32,822 bases of DNA from Betaproteobacteria bacterium (GCA_025355395.1 JANXZT010000528.1:1-32822); one strand, 5' to 3'; positions 10,504 to 20,726 are shown, counted from the stretch's first letter. The notes: generated by a model not told the origin, from the letters alone. Program-made: numbers and translations.

Positions 10504-10839
10504 ATGAAAACAGCTTCAATCGCGCTCGCTGTCGCGGGCCTTGCGTTTGCCGCCGGGGCTGGCGCGCAATCGGGAGAAGATCTGCTCAAGAAGAATGGCT
10601 GCACGGCGTGCCATTCGATCGACAAGAAGGTCGTCGGCCCCGCCTACAAGGAGGTCGCGGCGAAGTACCGCGGCGACACTTCGGCGCCCGCCAAATTGAT
10701 GGAAAAGGTAAAAAAAGGCGGTTCCGGAGTCTGGGGTCAGGTGCCGATGCCCCCCAACCCACAGGTCAGCGACGCCGATCTGAAGACGATGATCACGTTT
10801 GTGCTGAATCTCGACTCTTCGGACGCCAAGAAGAAGTAA
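10504..10839 (+). CDS. small periplasmic class I c-type cytochrome (c551/c552-like)
   Basis: Signal peptide MKTASIALAVAGLAFAAGAGA, haem motif CTACH and distal Met in VPMPPN. GGAG RBS lies before ATG 10504. Confidence 0.9.
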   Translation: MKTASIALAVAGLAFAAGAGAQSGEDLLKKNGCTACHSIDKKVVGPAYKEVAAKYRGDTSAPAKLMEKVKKGGSGVWGQVPMPPNPQVSDADLKTMITFVLNLDSSDAKKK

Positions 10840-10976
10840 GCGCATGCGCTCGCGCGAGAACCGGCTGCTGCGGCCGGCCGGCGGGTCGATCGCCGACGAC
10901 CGATAGTCGTTTCCAGGCCGCCCGAACGTCGCGCACTTTGACAGCCGGCGGTCCCAGCCGGTAACCTTGCTCTTAA

Positions 10977-11185
10977 TCCGTGCAGGAGAGCGCATCGCCG
11001 GGAAGCCGGCGGGCCGCCGAAGGCGCAACTCCCGCAATCGCTCAGGCAAAAGGACTGCGCGGACGCAATATCACTCTGGAGAGCGGCTGCACGTTCGAAC
11101 GTGCAGCCCACCGAAGGGGCACCGGCCGAGCGCGAAGCGAGTCTTTGCGGCGGGCGCAATCTCTCAGGTAAATGGACAGACGGGG
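10977..11185 (+). promoter_or_regulatory. tandem glycine riboswitch (two aptamers)
   Basis: Aptamer 1: ..caGGAGAGcgc..GCCGAAGGCGCAAc..CTCAGGCAAAAGGACtgcgcgg, with P1 ccgtgcag/ctgcgcgg. Aptamer 2: CTCTGGAGAGcgg..CACCGAAGGGGCAcc..CTCTCAGGTAAATGGACAG. These are the conserved cores of the glycine aptamer, directly upstream of gcvT. Confidence 0.9.
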
Positions 11186-11215
11186 CGGAGCTTCAGACGG
11201 CTTCGCCCTTTTGTT
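11183..11215 (+). terminator. riboswitch expression-platform terminator
   Basis: GGGCGGAGC-ttcagacg-GCTTCGCCC followed by TTTTGTT. The 5' arm abuts the 3' end of aptamer 2, consistent with a glycine-ON switch. It ends 11 nt before the gcvT ATG. Confidence 0.6.
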
Positions 11216-11225
11216 GCCTGCGAAG

Positions 11226-12335
11226 ATGAGTCACTTGCCCAAACAGACGCCGCTGAACAGTGCGCATCGTGCCGCCAATGCGCGCATGGTGGATTTCGGC
11301 GGCTGGGACATGCCCGTTCACTACGGGTCCCAGATCGAGGAACATCATGCGGTGCGGCGCGACGCCGGCATGTTCGATGTTTCGCACATGCGGGTGCTGG
11401 ACCTGCACGGTGATGGCGCGCGCGCTTTTCTTCGCCATGCTCTTGCCAACAATGTCGACAAGCTGAAGGAGCCCGGCAAAGCGCTGTATTCCTGCCTGCT
11501 GCGCGCCGACGGCGGTGTGATCGACGATCTCATCGTCTACCATTTGCGCGACGATTGGTTCCGGTTGGTGGTCAATGCGGGCACCACCGAGAAAGACATC
11601 GCCTGGCTTCGAACGTCGCTGGCCGCGCACGCTCCGGCACTGCGCCTGGACGTGCGTGATGACCTGGCGATGATCGCCCTGCAGGGTCCGGCCGCGCGCG
11701 GCAAGCTCTGGGAAGTTCGGCCGGATACCCGTGCCGCCACCGAGCCGCTGAAGCCGTTCACCGGAGTGGCTGTTGACGATCTTTTCATCGCGCGCACCGG
11801 CTACACCGGCGAAGAGGGCTTCGAGATGATAATGCCGGCGAGGCGGGTCGTCGGGTTGTGGAATGCGTTGGCGGCCGCGGGCGTGCGCCGTTGCGGTCTT
11901 GGCGCGCGGGACACGCTGCGCCTGGAAGCCGGGATGAATCTTTATGGCCAGGACATGGACGAAACGGTTTCGCCGTTGGAGTCCGGACTCGCCTGGACCG
12001 TCGATCTTGCGAGCGAGCGCGACTTCGTGGGCAAGGCAGCGCTTGCCGATCATCCGCCACAGCGGCATCAGGTGGGGCTCTTCTTGGTGGATCAGGGTGG
12101 CGTGCTGCGGGCGCATCAGGCGATACGTACGCCGCACGGACCCGGCGAAGTCACGAGCGGCAGCTTCAGTCCCACGCTTGGCCGCTCCATTGCTCTGGCG
12201 CGCGTGCCGAGCGCCGTCCGCCCTGGCGACATGGTCGAAGTCGCAGTGCGCGAGAAGCGGCTCGCCGCCCGGGTCGTGAAGCCGCCTTTTGTGCGCCAAG
12301 GCAAAGTATTGATCGAAACCGAGGAGAAACAATGA
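11226..12335 (+). CDS. gcvT: glycine cleavage system aminomethyltransferase (T protein)
   Basis: [55 protein letters not shown]...[19 protein letters not shown]. The tracked start 11172 lies inside the riboswitch, so ATG 11226 was used. Confidence 0.95.
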   Translation: MSHLPKQTPLNSAHRAANARMVDFGGWDMPVHYGSQIEEHHAVRRDAGMFDVSHMRVLDLHGDGARAFLRHALANNVDKLKEPGKALYSCLLRADGGVIDDLIVYHLRDDWFRLVVNAGTTEKDIAWLRTSLAAHAPALRLDVRDDLAMIALQGPAARGKLWEVRPDTRAATEPLKPFTGVAVDDLFIARTGYTGEEGFEMIMPARRVVGLWNALAAAGVRRCGLGARDTLRLEAGMNLYGQDMDETVSPLESGLAWTVDLASERDFVGKAALADHPPQRHQVGLFLVDQGGVLRAHQAIRTPHGPGEVTSGSFSPTLGRSIALARVPSAVRPGDMVEVAVREKRLAARVVKPPFVRQGKVLIETEEKQ

Positions 12336-12715
12336 AACTTCCAGCCGACCTCCAGTACACGGCATCGCACGAGTGGATGCGTCGCGAAACCGACGGCACC
12401 GTCACCGTCGGCATCACCGACCACGCCCAGTCGGCTCTTGGCGATCTCGTGTACATCGATCTTCCCGCCGTGGGCCGCAAGCTTACTGCGGGAGAGGCCT
12501 GCGCCGTCGTCGAGTCGGTCAAGGCGGCCTCGGATATCTACGCCCCGATCGCGGGCGAGGTCATCGCCATCAACGAGGCCGTCACCGCGACGCCCGAAAA
12601 GGCCAACGAAGACGCCTATGCCGCGTGGTTCTTCCGGCTGCGTCCCGATGGCGCGGCGCCGGCGCCGGCGTTGCTCGATGCAAAAGCCTACGAGCTCGCG
12701 ATAGGCGAATCATGA
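12332..12715 (+). CDS. gcvH: glycine cleavage system H protein
   Basis: [45 protein letters not shown]...VESVKAASD (lipoyl-Lys motif). ATGA overlap with the gcvT stop. Confidence 0.95.
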   Translation: MKLPADLQYTASHEWMRRETDGTVTVGITDHAQSALGDLVYIDLPAVGRKLTAGEACAVVESVKAASDIYAPIAGEVIAINEAVTATPEKANEDAYAAWFFRLRPDGAAPAPALLDAKAYELAIGES

Positions 12716-12743
12716 GACCGCGCATGGGTTGGCTGAAGCGGTG

Positions 12744-15710
12744 ATGAAAATGAATGAATTACGCCTCGCGCCCGGTACCGCCGCGGCTCCCGACGCTCCG
12801 GAAGGCCTCCATGCGCTGGAAGCCCATGATGCGTTTCTGGCGCGACACATCGGCCCGTCATCCGCCGACGAGATGCAGATGCTCGCGACGCTCGGGTTCG
12901 CATCACGCGATGCGCTGATCGATGCCGTAGTGCCCGCGTCCATTCGGCGCGAAAAGCCGATGGCGCTGCCGGTCCCGGTCAGCGAAGCCGAAGCGCTGGC
13001 TCGCATGAAATCGATCGCCGCGCGAAACCGGGTGTTCAAATCCTGCATCGGGCAGGGCTACTACGGCACCTTGACCCCGCCCGTCATCCTGCGCAACGTT
13101 CTCGAAAATCCGGCGTGGTACACGGCGTACACGCCTTATCAGCCAGAAATCTCGCAGGGACGGCTCGAGGCGCTGGTGAATTTCCAGACCATGGTGACCG
13201 ACCTCACCGGGATGGCGATTGCCAACGCGTCGATGCTCGATGAAGCAACCGCGGCCGCCGAGGCAATGACCTTGTGCCAGCGGATGGCGAAGTCCAAAAG
13301 TGCCAGGATGTTCGTGGCCGACGACGTTTTTCCCCAAACCATCGACGTGGTGCGAACGCGCGCGGCGCCGTTGAATATCGAGGTGATCGTCGGACCGGCG
13401 GCCGACGCGCCCGCAGCCGGCGCCTTCGCCGTGTTGTTGCAGTATCCGGATGCGGAGGGCGTGGTGCGCGACAACCGCGCCCTGGCCGCGGCAATCCATG
13501 CCGCCGGCGCACTGGTGATCGTCGCGGCCGACCTCCTGGCGCTGACCTTGCTCATTCCGCCCGGCGAATGGGGCGCCGACGTGGTAGTGGGCACGACGCA
13601 GCGCTTCGGCGTGCCGATGGGTTACGGCGGTCCGCACGCGGGCTACCTCGCCACCCGTGATGACTTCAAGCGCTCGATGCCTGGTCGCCTGGTCGGCGTG
13701 ACCGTGGACGCTGCGGGCAATCCCGCGTACCGCCTCGCGTTGCAAACCCGCGAGCAGCATATCCGTCGCGAGAAGGCTACGTCGAACATCTGCACCGCGC
13801 AGGTGCTCCTCGCGGTCATGGCCAGCATGTACGCTGTGTATCACGGCGCCGACGGATTGGCGCGAATCGCCCGGCGCGTGCATCGCCTTGCCGCCATCAT
13901 GAAAAGCGGGCTCGAGCGCCTGGGCTTTGCGGCTCCCGGCGCCTGTTTTTTCGATACCGTTACCGTCGTCACCGGCGATTCCACCGCGGAGATTCTTGCG
14001 CGAGCCGTGGCCAACGAGGTCAATTTCCGCCGCATCGATGCGTGCCGGCTTGGCATTTCTCTCGACGAGACCACGACCCGCGCCGACGTCGAGCGGATCT
14101 GGCATATCTTCCACGGTGACGACGCGTCGTTCACGGTAGCGCATCTCGACACCGGCATTCAGGATGCGCTGCCAACCGCCCTCGCACGTACTTCACCCTA
14201 CCTCACGCATCCGACGTTTGTGCGCCATCGCTCGGAGACGGAAATGCTGCGTTATCTGCGCTGGCTTGCCGACCGCGACATCGCGCTCGACCGATCGATG
14301 ATTCCGCTCGGGTCGTGCACGATGAAACTCAATGCCACCGCCGAGATGATCCCGGTCACGTGGCCGGCGTTCGCCCATCTGCATCCCTTCGCGCCGGCCG
14401 ACCAGGCCGCGGGTTATCGGGAGCTCATCAAGGATCTGGAGCGGATGTTGTGCGCGATCAGCGGCTATGCCGCGGTGTCGTTGCAGCCCAACGCCGGCTC
14501 GCAGGGCGAATACGCCGGTCTTCTCGCCATCGTCGCCTACCATCGCAGCCGGGGCGAAAGCCATCGCGATGTTTGCCTGATCCCCGCATCGGCGCACGGC
14601 ACCAATCCGGCCTCGGCGCAAATGGCGGGCATGCGCATCGTGGTCGTGGGTTGCGATCAAGCGGGTAATGTCGATCTCGCGGACCTGGAAACCAAGGCGG
14701 TGCAGCACCGCGCGGACCTCGCGGCCATCATGGTTACCTACCCGTCGACGCACGGGGTGTTCGAAGCCGGCATCAGGCGGCTGTGCGAGATTGTTCATGC
14801 GCACGGCGGACAAGTTTATGTCGACGGCGCGAACCTGAATGCGCTGGTGGGGCTTGCCGCACCCGGCGAATTCGGCGCCGATGTTTCGCATTTCAATTTG
14901 CACAAGACCTTCTGCATCCCGCATGGTGGCGGTGGCCCCGGCGTCGGGCCGATTGGCGTGGGCGCCCATCTCGCGCGTTTCCTGCCCGGGCATCGGGCGA
15001 TGACCAACGGCAAAGAGGCCACCGGCGCGGTGGCGGCAGCGCCTTTCGGCAGCGCCTCGATCCTGCCGATCGCGTGGATGTACATCACGATGATGGGGGC
15101 GCAGGGCCTCTCGCGCGCCACCGAGACCGCCATTCTTGCGGCGAATTATCTGGCGAAAGCGCTGGCGCCTCACTATCCCGTTTTGTATGCTGGCGACGGC
15201 GGCTTGGTCGCGCATGAATGCATTCTGGATCTGCGACCGTTCAAGGAGAGTGCGGATGTCGCGGTCGACGACGTTGCCAAGCGCCTGATGGATTACGGGT
15301 TTCACGCGCCGACCATGAGCTTTCCGGTAGCCGGCACGCTGATGGTCGAGCCGACTGAGAGCGAATCGAAGGCGGAGCTCGATCGGTTCATCACGGCCAT
15401 GGTCTCGATCAGGAGCGAGATTCGCGCCATCGAGGAAGGCCGCCTTGCCCGCGAGGACAATCCGCTGAAGCACGCGCCACACACGGCTTTCGCGGTCACG
15501 GCCGAAAGATGGGAACACCGGTACAGCCGCGACCAGGCGGCCTTTCCGATTGCGTCACTGCGCGGGGGCAAGTACTGGCCACCGGTGGCACGCGTCGATA
15601 ACGTGCATGGGGACCGGCGTTTATTCTGCAGTTGCATTCCGATGAGCGAGTACGACGAGGATGTCGCCACCGCGCCGCCGGCAGCGCGCGTCGGGGCCGT
15701 GGTCACCTGA
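12744..15710 (+). CDS. gcvP: glycine dehydrogenase (decarboxylating), single-chain P protein
   Basis: About 990 aa. Contains [26 protein letters not shown] and the PLP-Lys motif [17 protein letters not shown]. The start is ambiguous between ATG 12744 and ATG 12750 (the tracked start 12729 is TTG). Confidence 0.95.
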   Translation: MKMNELRLAPGTAAAPDAPEGLHALEAHDAFLARHIGPSSADEMQMLATLGFASRDALIDAVVPASIRREKPMALPVPVSEAEALARMKSIAARNRVFKSCIGQGYYGTLTPPVILRNVLENPAWYTAYTPYQPEISQGRLEALVNFQTMVTDLTGMAIANASMLDEATAAAEAMTLCQRMAKSKSARMFVADDVFPQTIDVVRTRAAPLNIEVIVGPAADAPAAGAFAVLLQYPDAEGVVRDNRALAAAIHAAGALVIVAADLLALTLLIPPGEWGADVVVGTTQRFGVPMGYGGPHAGYLATRDDFKRSMPGRLVGVTVDAAGNPAYRLALQTREQHIRREKATSNICTAQVLLAVMASMYAVYHGADGLARIARRVHRLAAIMKSGLERLGFAAPGACFFDTVTVVTGDSTAEILARAVANEVNFRRIDACRLGISLDETTTRADVERIWHIFHGDDASFTVAHLDTGIQDALPTALARTSPYLTHPTFVRHRSETEMLRYLRWLADRDIALDRSMIPLGSCTMKLNATAEMIPVTWPAFAHLHPFAPADQAAGYRELIKDLERMLCAISGYAAVSLQPNAGSQGEYAGLLAIVAYHRSRGESHRDVCLIPASAHGTNPASAQMAGMRIVVVGCDQAGNVDLADLETKAVQHRADLAAIMVTYPSTHGVFEAGIRRLCEIVHAHGGQVYVDGANLNALVGLAAPGEFGADVSHFNLHKTFCIPHGGGGPGVGPIGVGAHLARFLPGHRAMTNGKEATGAVAAAPFGSASILPIAWMYITMMGAQGLSRATETAILAANYLAKALAPHYPVLYAGDGGLVAHECILDLRPFKESADVAVDDVAKRLMDYGFHAPTMSFPVAGTLMVEPTESESKAELDRFITAMVSIRSEIRAIEEGRLAREDNPLKHAPHTAFAVTAERWEHRYSRDQAAFPIASLRGGKYWPPVARVDNVHGDRRLFCSCIPMSEYDEDVATAPPAARVGAVVT

Positions 15711-17029
15711 TGCGGGTGCTGGTTCTGGGCGCCGGCGTCATCGGCGTCACTGCGGCGTGGTATCTCGCGCAGGATGGCTGTGAGGTCGCGGTGGTCGATC
15801 ACGCGGCCGGCCCCGCCCTCGAGACTTCATTCGCCAATGGCGGCCAGATATCGGCCTCCCACGCCGAGCCCTGGGCCAATCCACAGGCTCCGGCCAAGAT
15901 GCTCAAATGGCTTGGCCGCGAGGACGCGCCGCTTCTCTTTCGTCTTCGCGCGGACCCGCGACAATGGCGCTGGGGCCTGCAGTTCCTGATCGAGTGCCTT
16001 CCCTCGCGCACGCGGCACAACACCATCCAGTGCCTCAATCTCGCGCTTTATTCGCGTGATTGCCTGCGGGCGCTGCGCGCAGACACGGGCATCGCCTACG
16101 ACGGCCTGCAACGCGGCATTCTCCAGTTCTACACCGACGCTGCCGAGTTCGAGTACGCGGTCCGCGCGGCCGCGTTGGCGCGCGCCTACGGCGGCGACCT
16201 CGCGGTCAAGACGCCTGACGAATGCGTCGCGATCGAGCCGGCGCTGGCGCAATGCCGCGAGCGCCTCGCGGGTGGCATTTTCACGGCCGGCGACGAGTCG
16301 GGCGATGCCCATCGCTTCACCACCGAGCTCGCGCGGCGCGCTAAAGTGCGTGGCGTCAGCTTTATCTGGAACACCGAAGTCGAGGGGATCGACGTCGCTG
16401 CGGGTGAGGTGAGCGGCGTGCGCTGCCGCAGCGAGCAAGGCGACGCGCAAAGGCTCACTGCCGATGCCTATCTCATTGCATTGGGCAGCCACAGCCCGTT
16501 ACTGTTGCGCACGATCGGCGTGCCGGCGCTCATCTACCCCGTCAAAGGGTATTCGGTGACCATCCCGGTGAAAGGCCACGCCGGCGCGCCCATCGTGTCC
16601 CTGACCGATGTCGCGCGGAAGATCGTGATGACGCGGCTCGGGGATCGGCTGCGGGTCGCCGGTACCGCGGAGCTCGCAGGCTATGACAACACCCTCAATC
16701 CGGTGCGTTGTGCGGCACTCGTGGATCGCACTTTCGATCTCTTTCCCGACGCGGGGGAGCGCGACGGCATTACGTTGTGGGCGGGGCTTCGTCCCGCGAC
16801 GCCTTCGAACGTGCCGCTGCTCGGGGGCACACGGTACGCGAATCTCTTTCTCGATACCGGACACGGCACACTGGGGTGGACCATGGCCTGCGGCTCGGGC
16901 CGCGCCATCGCGGACTTGATTGCAGGCCGCGCGCCGCAGGTGCAGTTCGCGTTTACCGGCATGCACTCCCGTGCTTCGTGGATTCGACATCGTGGCACTG
17001 AGGTTCCCTTAGCACGCGCGCGTCTATAA
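15710..17029 (+). CDS. FAD-dependent oxidoreductase of the D-amino-acid dehydrogenase (DadA) family
   Basis: [48 protein letters not shown] (GxGxxG dinucleotide fold followed by the DadA-like ETSFAN motif). The ATG overlaps the gcvP stop (TGATG). Confidence 0.85.
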   Translation: MRVLVLGAGVIGVTAAWYLAQDGCEVAVVDHAAGPALETSFANGGQISASHAEPWANPQAPAKMLKWLGREDAPLLFRLRADPRQWRWGLQFLIECLPSRTRHNTIQCLNLALYSRDCLRALRADTGIAYDGLQRGILQFYTDAAEFEYAVRAAALARAYGGDLAVKTPDECVAIEPALAQCRERLAGGIFTAGDESGDAHRFTTELARRAKVRGVSFIWNTEVEGIDVAAGEVSGVRCRSEQGDAQRLTADAYLIALGSHSPLLLRTIGVPALIYPVKGYSVTIPVKGHAGAPIVSLTDVARKIVMTRLGDRLRVAGTAELAGYDNTLNPVRCAALVDRTFDLFPDAGERDGITLWAGLRPATPSNVPLLGGTRYANLFLDTGHGTLGWTMACGSGRAIADLIAGRAPQVQFAFTGMHSRASWIRHRGTEVPLARARL

Positions 17030-17055
17030 TCGCTCCCTTTGCCAGCGACCCATTC

Positions 17056-18219
17056 ATGTCCGTCATTCGTTCAATCTTCTTGATTGTCTGCGCGCTGATT
17101 GCCCCAGGGTCTCTGGTGCAGGCCGCGTCGGCGCCCGCACCCGCGCCCACAGCGACGCTGCCGGCTCCCGCGATCGCTGCGCCGGCGTATGTGCTGCTCG
17201 ATGTCACCAGTGGCCAGGTCATCGTCGCCCAGAATGCCGACGAGCATCGCGATCCCGCCTCGCTCACCAAGCTGATGACCGCGTATCTCGCGTTCGCCGC
17301 ATTGCGCGACAAGACGATCATGCCGTCGCAGATGGTGAATGTTTCCACGACCGCGTGGAAAGTGGAGGGCTCGCGCATGTTCATCGAGCCGCGCAAGGCG
17401 GTGTCGGTTGACGAGCTGCTGCGCGGCATGATCGTGCAATCGGGCAACGATGCCTCGATTGCGCTCGCCGAGCTCGTGGCGGGCTCGGAGGCGGCGTTCG
17501 CCGATCGCATGAACGAGCAAGCGAAGCGGCTCGGGTTGATCAATACGCACTTCGTGAACGCCACGGGCCTTGCCCAGCCCCAGCATTATTCAACCGCAGC
17601 CGATATCGCGCGCCTCGCCGCCGCGGTCATTCGCGACTTCCCCGAGTATTACCCGCTCTACTCGATGAAAGAGTATCGCTACAACAATATCGCGCAACCG
17701 AATCGCAACCGGCTGCTGTGGACCGACCCGTACGTCGATGGCATGAAAACGGGGCACACCGAGGCGGCCGGGTGGTGCCTCGTGGCATCTGCCAAGCGCG
17801 GTGCGCGTCGTCTGATGTCAGTAGTTCTGGGTGCGAGCTCCGACAACGGCCGCGCGAGCGAAAGCCAGAAGCTTCTCAACTACGGTTTCCAGGCCTTCGA
17901 CACTATCCAGTTGTATCAATCGGGCCAGCCCGTTTCTTCGCTGCGGGTGTGGAAGGGGGCGCAGGAGCAGGTCTCGACAGGCTTTATTGCCGACCATTAC
18001 CTGACGGTGCCCAAGGGTCGTGCGGACAAGCTCGCCGTGACGATGAGCGCTGCCGAGCCGCTTACTGCTCCGGTGACCAAGGGCCAGCGCGTGGGGGTGC
18101 TCAACGTTGCGTTCGATGGCAAGCCCATCGGTGAGTTTCCGCTGGTGTCGCTGCAGGATGTCGCGCCGGCCAATATCTTCGGCCGCGCCTGGGACACCGT
18201 GCGGCTCTGGTTCAAGTAG
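17056..18219 (+). CDS. dacA: D-alanyl-D-alanine carboxypeptidase (PBP5/6 class)
   Basis: Signal peptide, then SLTKLMT (SxxK), SGND (SxN) and KTGHT (KTG). The symbol is assigned from its position relative to ybeD-lipB, as in E. coli. Confidence 0.9.
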   Translation: MSVIRSIFLIVCALIAPGSLVQAASAPAPAPTATLPAPAIAAPAYVLLDVTSGQVIVAQNADEHRDPASLTKLMTAYLAFAALRDKTIMPSQMVNVSTTAWKVEGSRMFIEPRKAVSVDELLRGMIVQSGNDASIALAELVAGSEAAFADRMNEQAKRLGLINTHFVNATGLAQPQHYSTAADIARLAAAVIRDFPEYYPLYSMKEYRYNNIAQPNRNRLLWTDPYVDGMKTGHTEAAGWCLVASAKRGARRLMSVVLGASSDNGRASESQKLLNYGFQAFDTIQLYQSGQPVSSLRVWKGAQEQVSTGFIADHYLTVPKGRADKLAVTMSAAEPLTAPVTKGQRVGVLNVAFDGKPIGEFPLVSLQDVAPANIFGRAWDTVRLWFK

Positions 18220-18251
18220 CGGCGCATGTGGAGGCTGTCGGAGATACGACC

Positions 18252-19094
18252 ATGATCGTTTACCTCAACGGCGAATTCCTGCCGCTCGAAGCAGCGAAGG
18301 TCTCGGTGCTCGATCGCGGATTCATCTATGGCGACGGCGTCTACGAGCTCGTGCCAGTCTATGGCCGGGAGCCGTTTCGGCTGCCGCAGCACCTCGCGCG
18401 CCTTCAACATAGTCTCGATGGCATCCGGCTTGACAATCCGCACACTGCCGATGACTGGGAGCGTCTCATCCGGCGGCTTATTGCCGAGCAGCCATTCGAT
18501 GACCAGGGCGTGTATTTCCAGATCACCCGGGGTGTTGCCAAACGGGATCACGCATTTCCCGCCAATGTGGCGCCGACGGTGTTCATGATGAGCAATCCGC
18601 TCGCCGCCCCCACCCCCACTCAGCTCGAGCGGGGTGTCGCCGTGGTCACGGCTGAAGACAACCGGTGGCAGCGATGTGATTTGAAGACCATCTCGCTTGT
18701 CGGTAATGTGCTGATGCGCCAGCTCGCGGCGGACGCCGGTGCGATTGAAACGGTGATGTTTCGTGACGGCTACCTCACGGAAGCCTCGGCCTCGAACGTG
18801 TTGGTGGTGATCGACGGCGTGATCGTTGCGCCGCCCCGGGACAACCTCATTCTCCCCGGCATCACCTATGGCGCGGCGATCGAGTTCGCGCGCGAGGCCG
18901 GATTGCCGTTTTCGATTCGGCCGGTGACGCGCGACGAGGCGCTCTCGGCAGGCGAGATGTGGCTCTCCTCGTCCACCAAGGAAGTGCTCGCCGTGACCAC
19001 CGTCGACGGCGCACTGTTTGGCAACGGCCGGCCCGGTCCAATGTTTCACCGGGTCCACGCGCTGTATCAGGCGCACAAGGCGCACGCGCGGTAG
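18252..19094 (+). CDS. dat: class IV aminotransferase, D-amino-acid aminotransferase-like
   Basis: MIVYLNGEFLPLEAAKVSVLDRGFIYGDGVYE...RCDLKTISLVGNVL (catalytic Lys context). GGAGA RBS lies before ATG 18252. Confidence 0.8.
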   Translation: MIVYLNGEFLPLEAAKVSVLDRGFIYGDGVYELVPVYGREPFRLPQHLARLQHSLDGIRLDNPHTADDWERLIRRLIAEQPFDDQGVYFQITRGVAKRDHAFPANVAPTVFMMSNPLAAPTPTQLERGVAVVTAEDNRWQRCDLKTISLVGNVLMRQLAADAGAIETVMFRDGYLTEASASNVLVVIDGVIVAPPRDNLILPGITYGAAIEFAREAGLPFSIRPVTRDEALSAGEMWLSSSTKEVLAVTTVDGALFGNGRPGPMFHRVHALYQAHKAHAR

Positions 19095-19181
19095 CAGTCT
19101 TGCGGTGGTGCGCCGGCGTCTTGCGCGACGTTTCCGCGGCGGTGCGTTCAAGACCATATTGAATGCGCGCGGAATCGCGCC

Positions 19182-19586
19182 TTACGGAAGCACTTGGGTC
19201 CGAACTCCATACCGCTCGTAAACCGGTAGCGCTCGTCGGTCGCAGGTGACGAGGTCGGCGCCGCAACCGGCCGCGGTTGCGGCCACCAGCGCGTCGTATG
19301 CCATACCGCCGGTCACGTTGTGGTCCGGCAACCCGAGAACGAAGTCCTTGTAGGCCCGCGCGCTCAACCGCAGAAACGCTTGTCGAAACCGATTGTCCAG
19401 AAATTCGCGAACGACGGCGCCGGAAGTCCGGTGAGGAGCCGGCAGGCGGGTAAGCACGGAGTACGTCTCGAGCGCGCAGTGCTCGATCAGGTGCAACCCG
19501 GTGTCAAGCGCACGGCGCGCGCCGTCATGACTTTCGTGCCAGGATGCGAAAGCGGCGATCATCAGGCTGGTGTCGGCCGCCCTCAA
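19182..19586 (-). CDS. vapC: PIN-domain toxin VapC
   Basis: Acidic PIN residues are in the expected places (ADTS near the N-terminus, IEHCALE, AYDALV, TCDRRA). 134 aa. The TTG start overlaps the vapB stop (TTGA). Confidence 0.8.
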   Translation of the reverse strand: MRAADTSLMIAAFASWHESHDGARRALDTGLHLIEHCALETYSVLTRLPAPHRTSGAVVREFLDNRFRQAFLRLSARAYKDFVLGLPDHNVTGGMAYDALVAATAAGCGADLVTCDRRALPVYERYGVRTQVLP

Positions 19587-19828
19587 CGCCGGACGCGCTC
19601 CAGCGTTTCGCGAACCAGTTCGGCAGTGAGTGGGGGCAGTTCGGCGATCGGAAACGCAACCACGCCTTTACCCCGCTTCTTGAGCTGCATCGGGGTCGTG
19701 GCAATCTCGATCTCGAGGCGTCCGTCGCCTGCCCGGATTTCCAGCGGCTGACCCGGTTTCAGGCCCAGCGCCTGTCGCAGAGATTTGGGAATGACGATCC
19801 GGCCAGCAGCGTCAATGGTGGCTTTCAT
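19583..19828 (-). CDS. vapB: AbrB/MazE/SpoVT-fold antitoxin VapB
   Basis: MKATIDAAGRIVIPKSLRQALGLKPGQPLEI (SpoVT-AbrB swapped-hairpin motif). Starts at ATG 19828; the 24 upstream codons in the tracked ORF are not protein-like. Confidence 0.85.
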   Translation of the reverse strand: MKATIDAAGRIVIPKSLRQALGLKPGQPLEIRAGDGRLEIEIATTPMQLKKRGKGVVAFPIAELPPLTAELVRETLERVRR

Positions 19829-19870
19829 GGTATATAAGATGCCACAAAAATGGCACCATCGCAACCATTG
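19829..19870 (-). promoter_or_regulatory. vapBC promoter/operator region
   Basis: This is the only AT-rich patch in the neighbourhood. TATATA ends 2 nt before the vapB ATG. There is a palindrome TGCCA-N6-TGGCA (19840-19855) and an adjacent direct repeat ATGGT(T/G)GC x2 on the minus strand. Confidence 0.35.
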
Positions 19871-19933
19871 GTTCGGACGGCCGCCCTCTGTGTCCATCAA
19901 AGGCGCGGTCCGGCCAACTAACGGCCCCGGCCA

Positions 19934-20485
19934 TTAGATCGGCGGGACCGGTAGCTCCTGCGCGGTCGCGAACCCGCCATGGGCAAAGATGAGTCCGACA
20001 CCGGGCCGGCGCTCGCAGCTTTCGACTTCTCCCACGAACAGCACGTGATCGCCAACACGCTGGTGCGAAAAGTGGCGGCACTCGAACCATGCCACGCAGC
20101 CTTCGATGAGGGGGGCCTGCGCACGTCCAAGCCGGTAGTTGACGCCGGCGAAGCGGTCCTTGTGCGGACGCGAGAACCGGTGGGCCAGCTCGATCTGGTC
20201 ATGCGCCAGCACATTGACGACATAACGCGGCGCGTGCTCGAAGGTCGCCAGTGTGTTCGAGCGCCAATCGAGACTCCACAGCACCAGCGGCGGATCGAGC
20301 GACAGCGCGTTGAACGAGTTGGCGGTAAACCCGGCATATCGGCCGTCGGCGGCGCGGGCACAAATCACCGTCACGCCCGTCGCGAATTGGGCCAGCGCAT
20401 CGCGAAACTGGCGTTCGCTGAATGGCGGCGTATCGCGGCCGGCAGCGGCATCCGGAGGAGTCGAAGACAAACGGGGGCGCCGCAC
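19934..20485 (-). CDS. flavin reductase family protein (HpaC/NADH:flavin oxidoreductase-like)
   Basis: FRDALAQFATGVTVICA...GFTANSFNALSLDPPLVLWSL...VGDHVLFVGEV are typical flavin-reductase-domain motifs. The GTG start at 20485 is uncertain. Confidence 0.8.
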   Translation of the reverse strand: MRRPRLSSTPPDAAAGRDTPPFSERQFRDALAQFATGVTVICARAADGRYAGFTANSFNALSLDPPLVLWSLDWRSNTLATFEHAPRYVVNVLAHDQIELAHRFSRPHKDRFAGVNYRLGRAQAPLIEGCVAWFECRHFSHQRVGDHVLFVGEVESCERRPGVGLIFAHGGFATAQELPVPPI

Positions 20486-20726
20486 GCGGCGTTGGAGGGG
20501 AAGCTGCGATGGTAGGGACCCGCCGGAGCAGTGTCAAAGCCGGCCGCCGCGGGCATAAGGGTTTTGCGGCCTGCCGGGGTGTCCACTGTAGGCCAAGGCC
20601 GGGCCGGCTGTAGGGCGGCGGCGGATATCGCCAACGCTTTGCAATTTGTTAGACTTCGCGTTCCGGCCAGATGCTCGCGATCGAGTCTCTTTAGCGAGTG
20701 CGGTCCTGTCTAGAGTGCGTGTCACG

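Noticed and set aside
10839-10850. Perfect 12-bp palindrome AGCGCATGCGCT overlapping the cytochrome c stop
   Set aside because: It has no loop and no U-tract, so it is not a terminator. Short GC palindromes like this are expected by chance in this composition.
10938-10967. Possible sigma-70 promoter for the riboswitch (TTGACA-N18-TAACCT)
   Set aside because: The -35 box is perfect, but the -10 box is poor and the spacing is long. I cannot support it beyond position, so it is not listed as a feature.
11172-11225. Tracked gcvT start at 11172
   Set aside because: It lies inside aptamer 2 and the terminator of the glycine riboswitch. GcvT homology starts at [11 protein letters not shown] (ATG 11226).
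11193-12365. 390-aa minus-strand ORF
   Set aside because: It is antisense to gcvT/gcvH, both of which are recognised with high confidence.
12903-15518. Two long minus-strand ORFs (413 and 441 aa)
   Set aside because: Both are antisense to gcvP. Their translations are Arg/His/Gly-rich and lack motifs.
17997-19157. 386-aa minus-strand ORF
   Set aside because: It is antisense to the dacA 3' end and to dat, and it contains RRRARRRR-type runs.
20505-20625. gtagggacc and ctgtaggcc / ctgtagggc motifs in the flavin reductase-cfa intergenic region, superficially like the REP core
   Set aside because: Only 6-8 nt resemble the REP arm, and there is no inverted partner. Probably coincidental.
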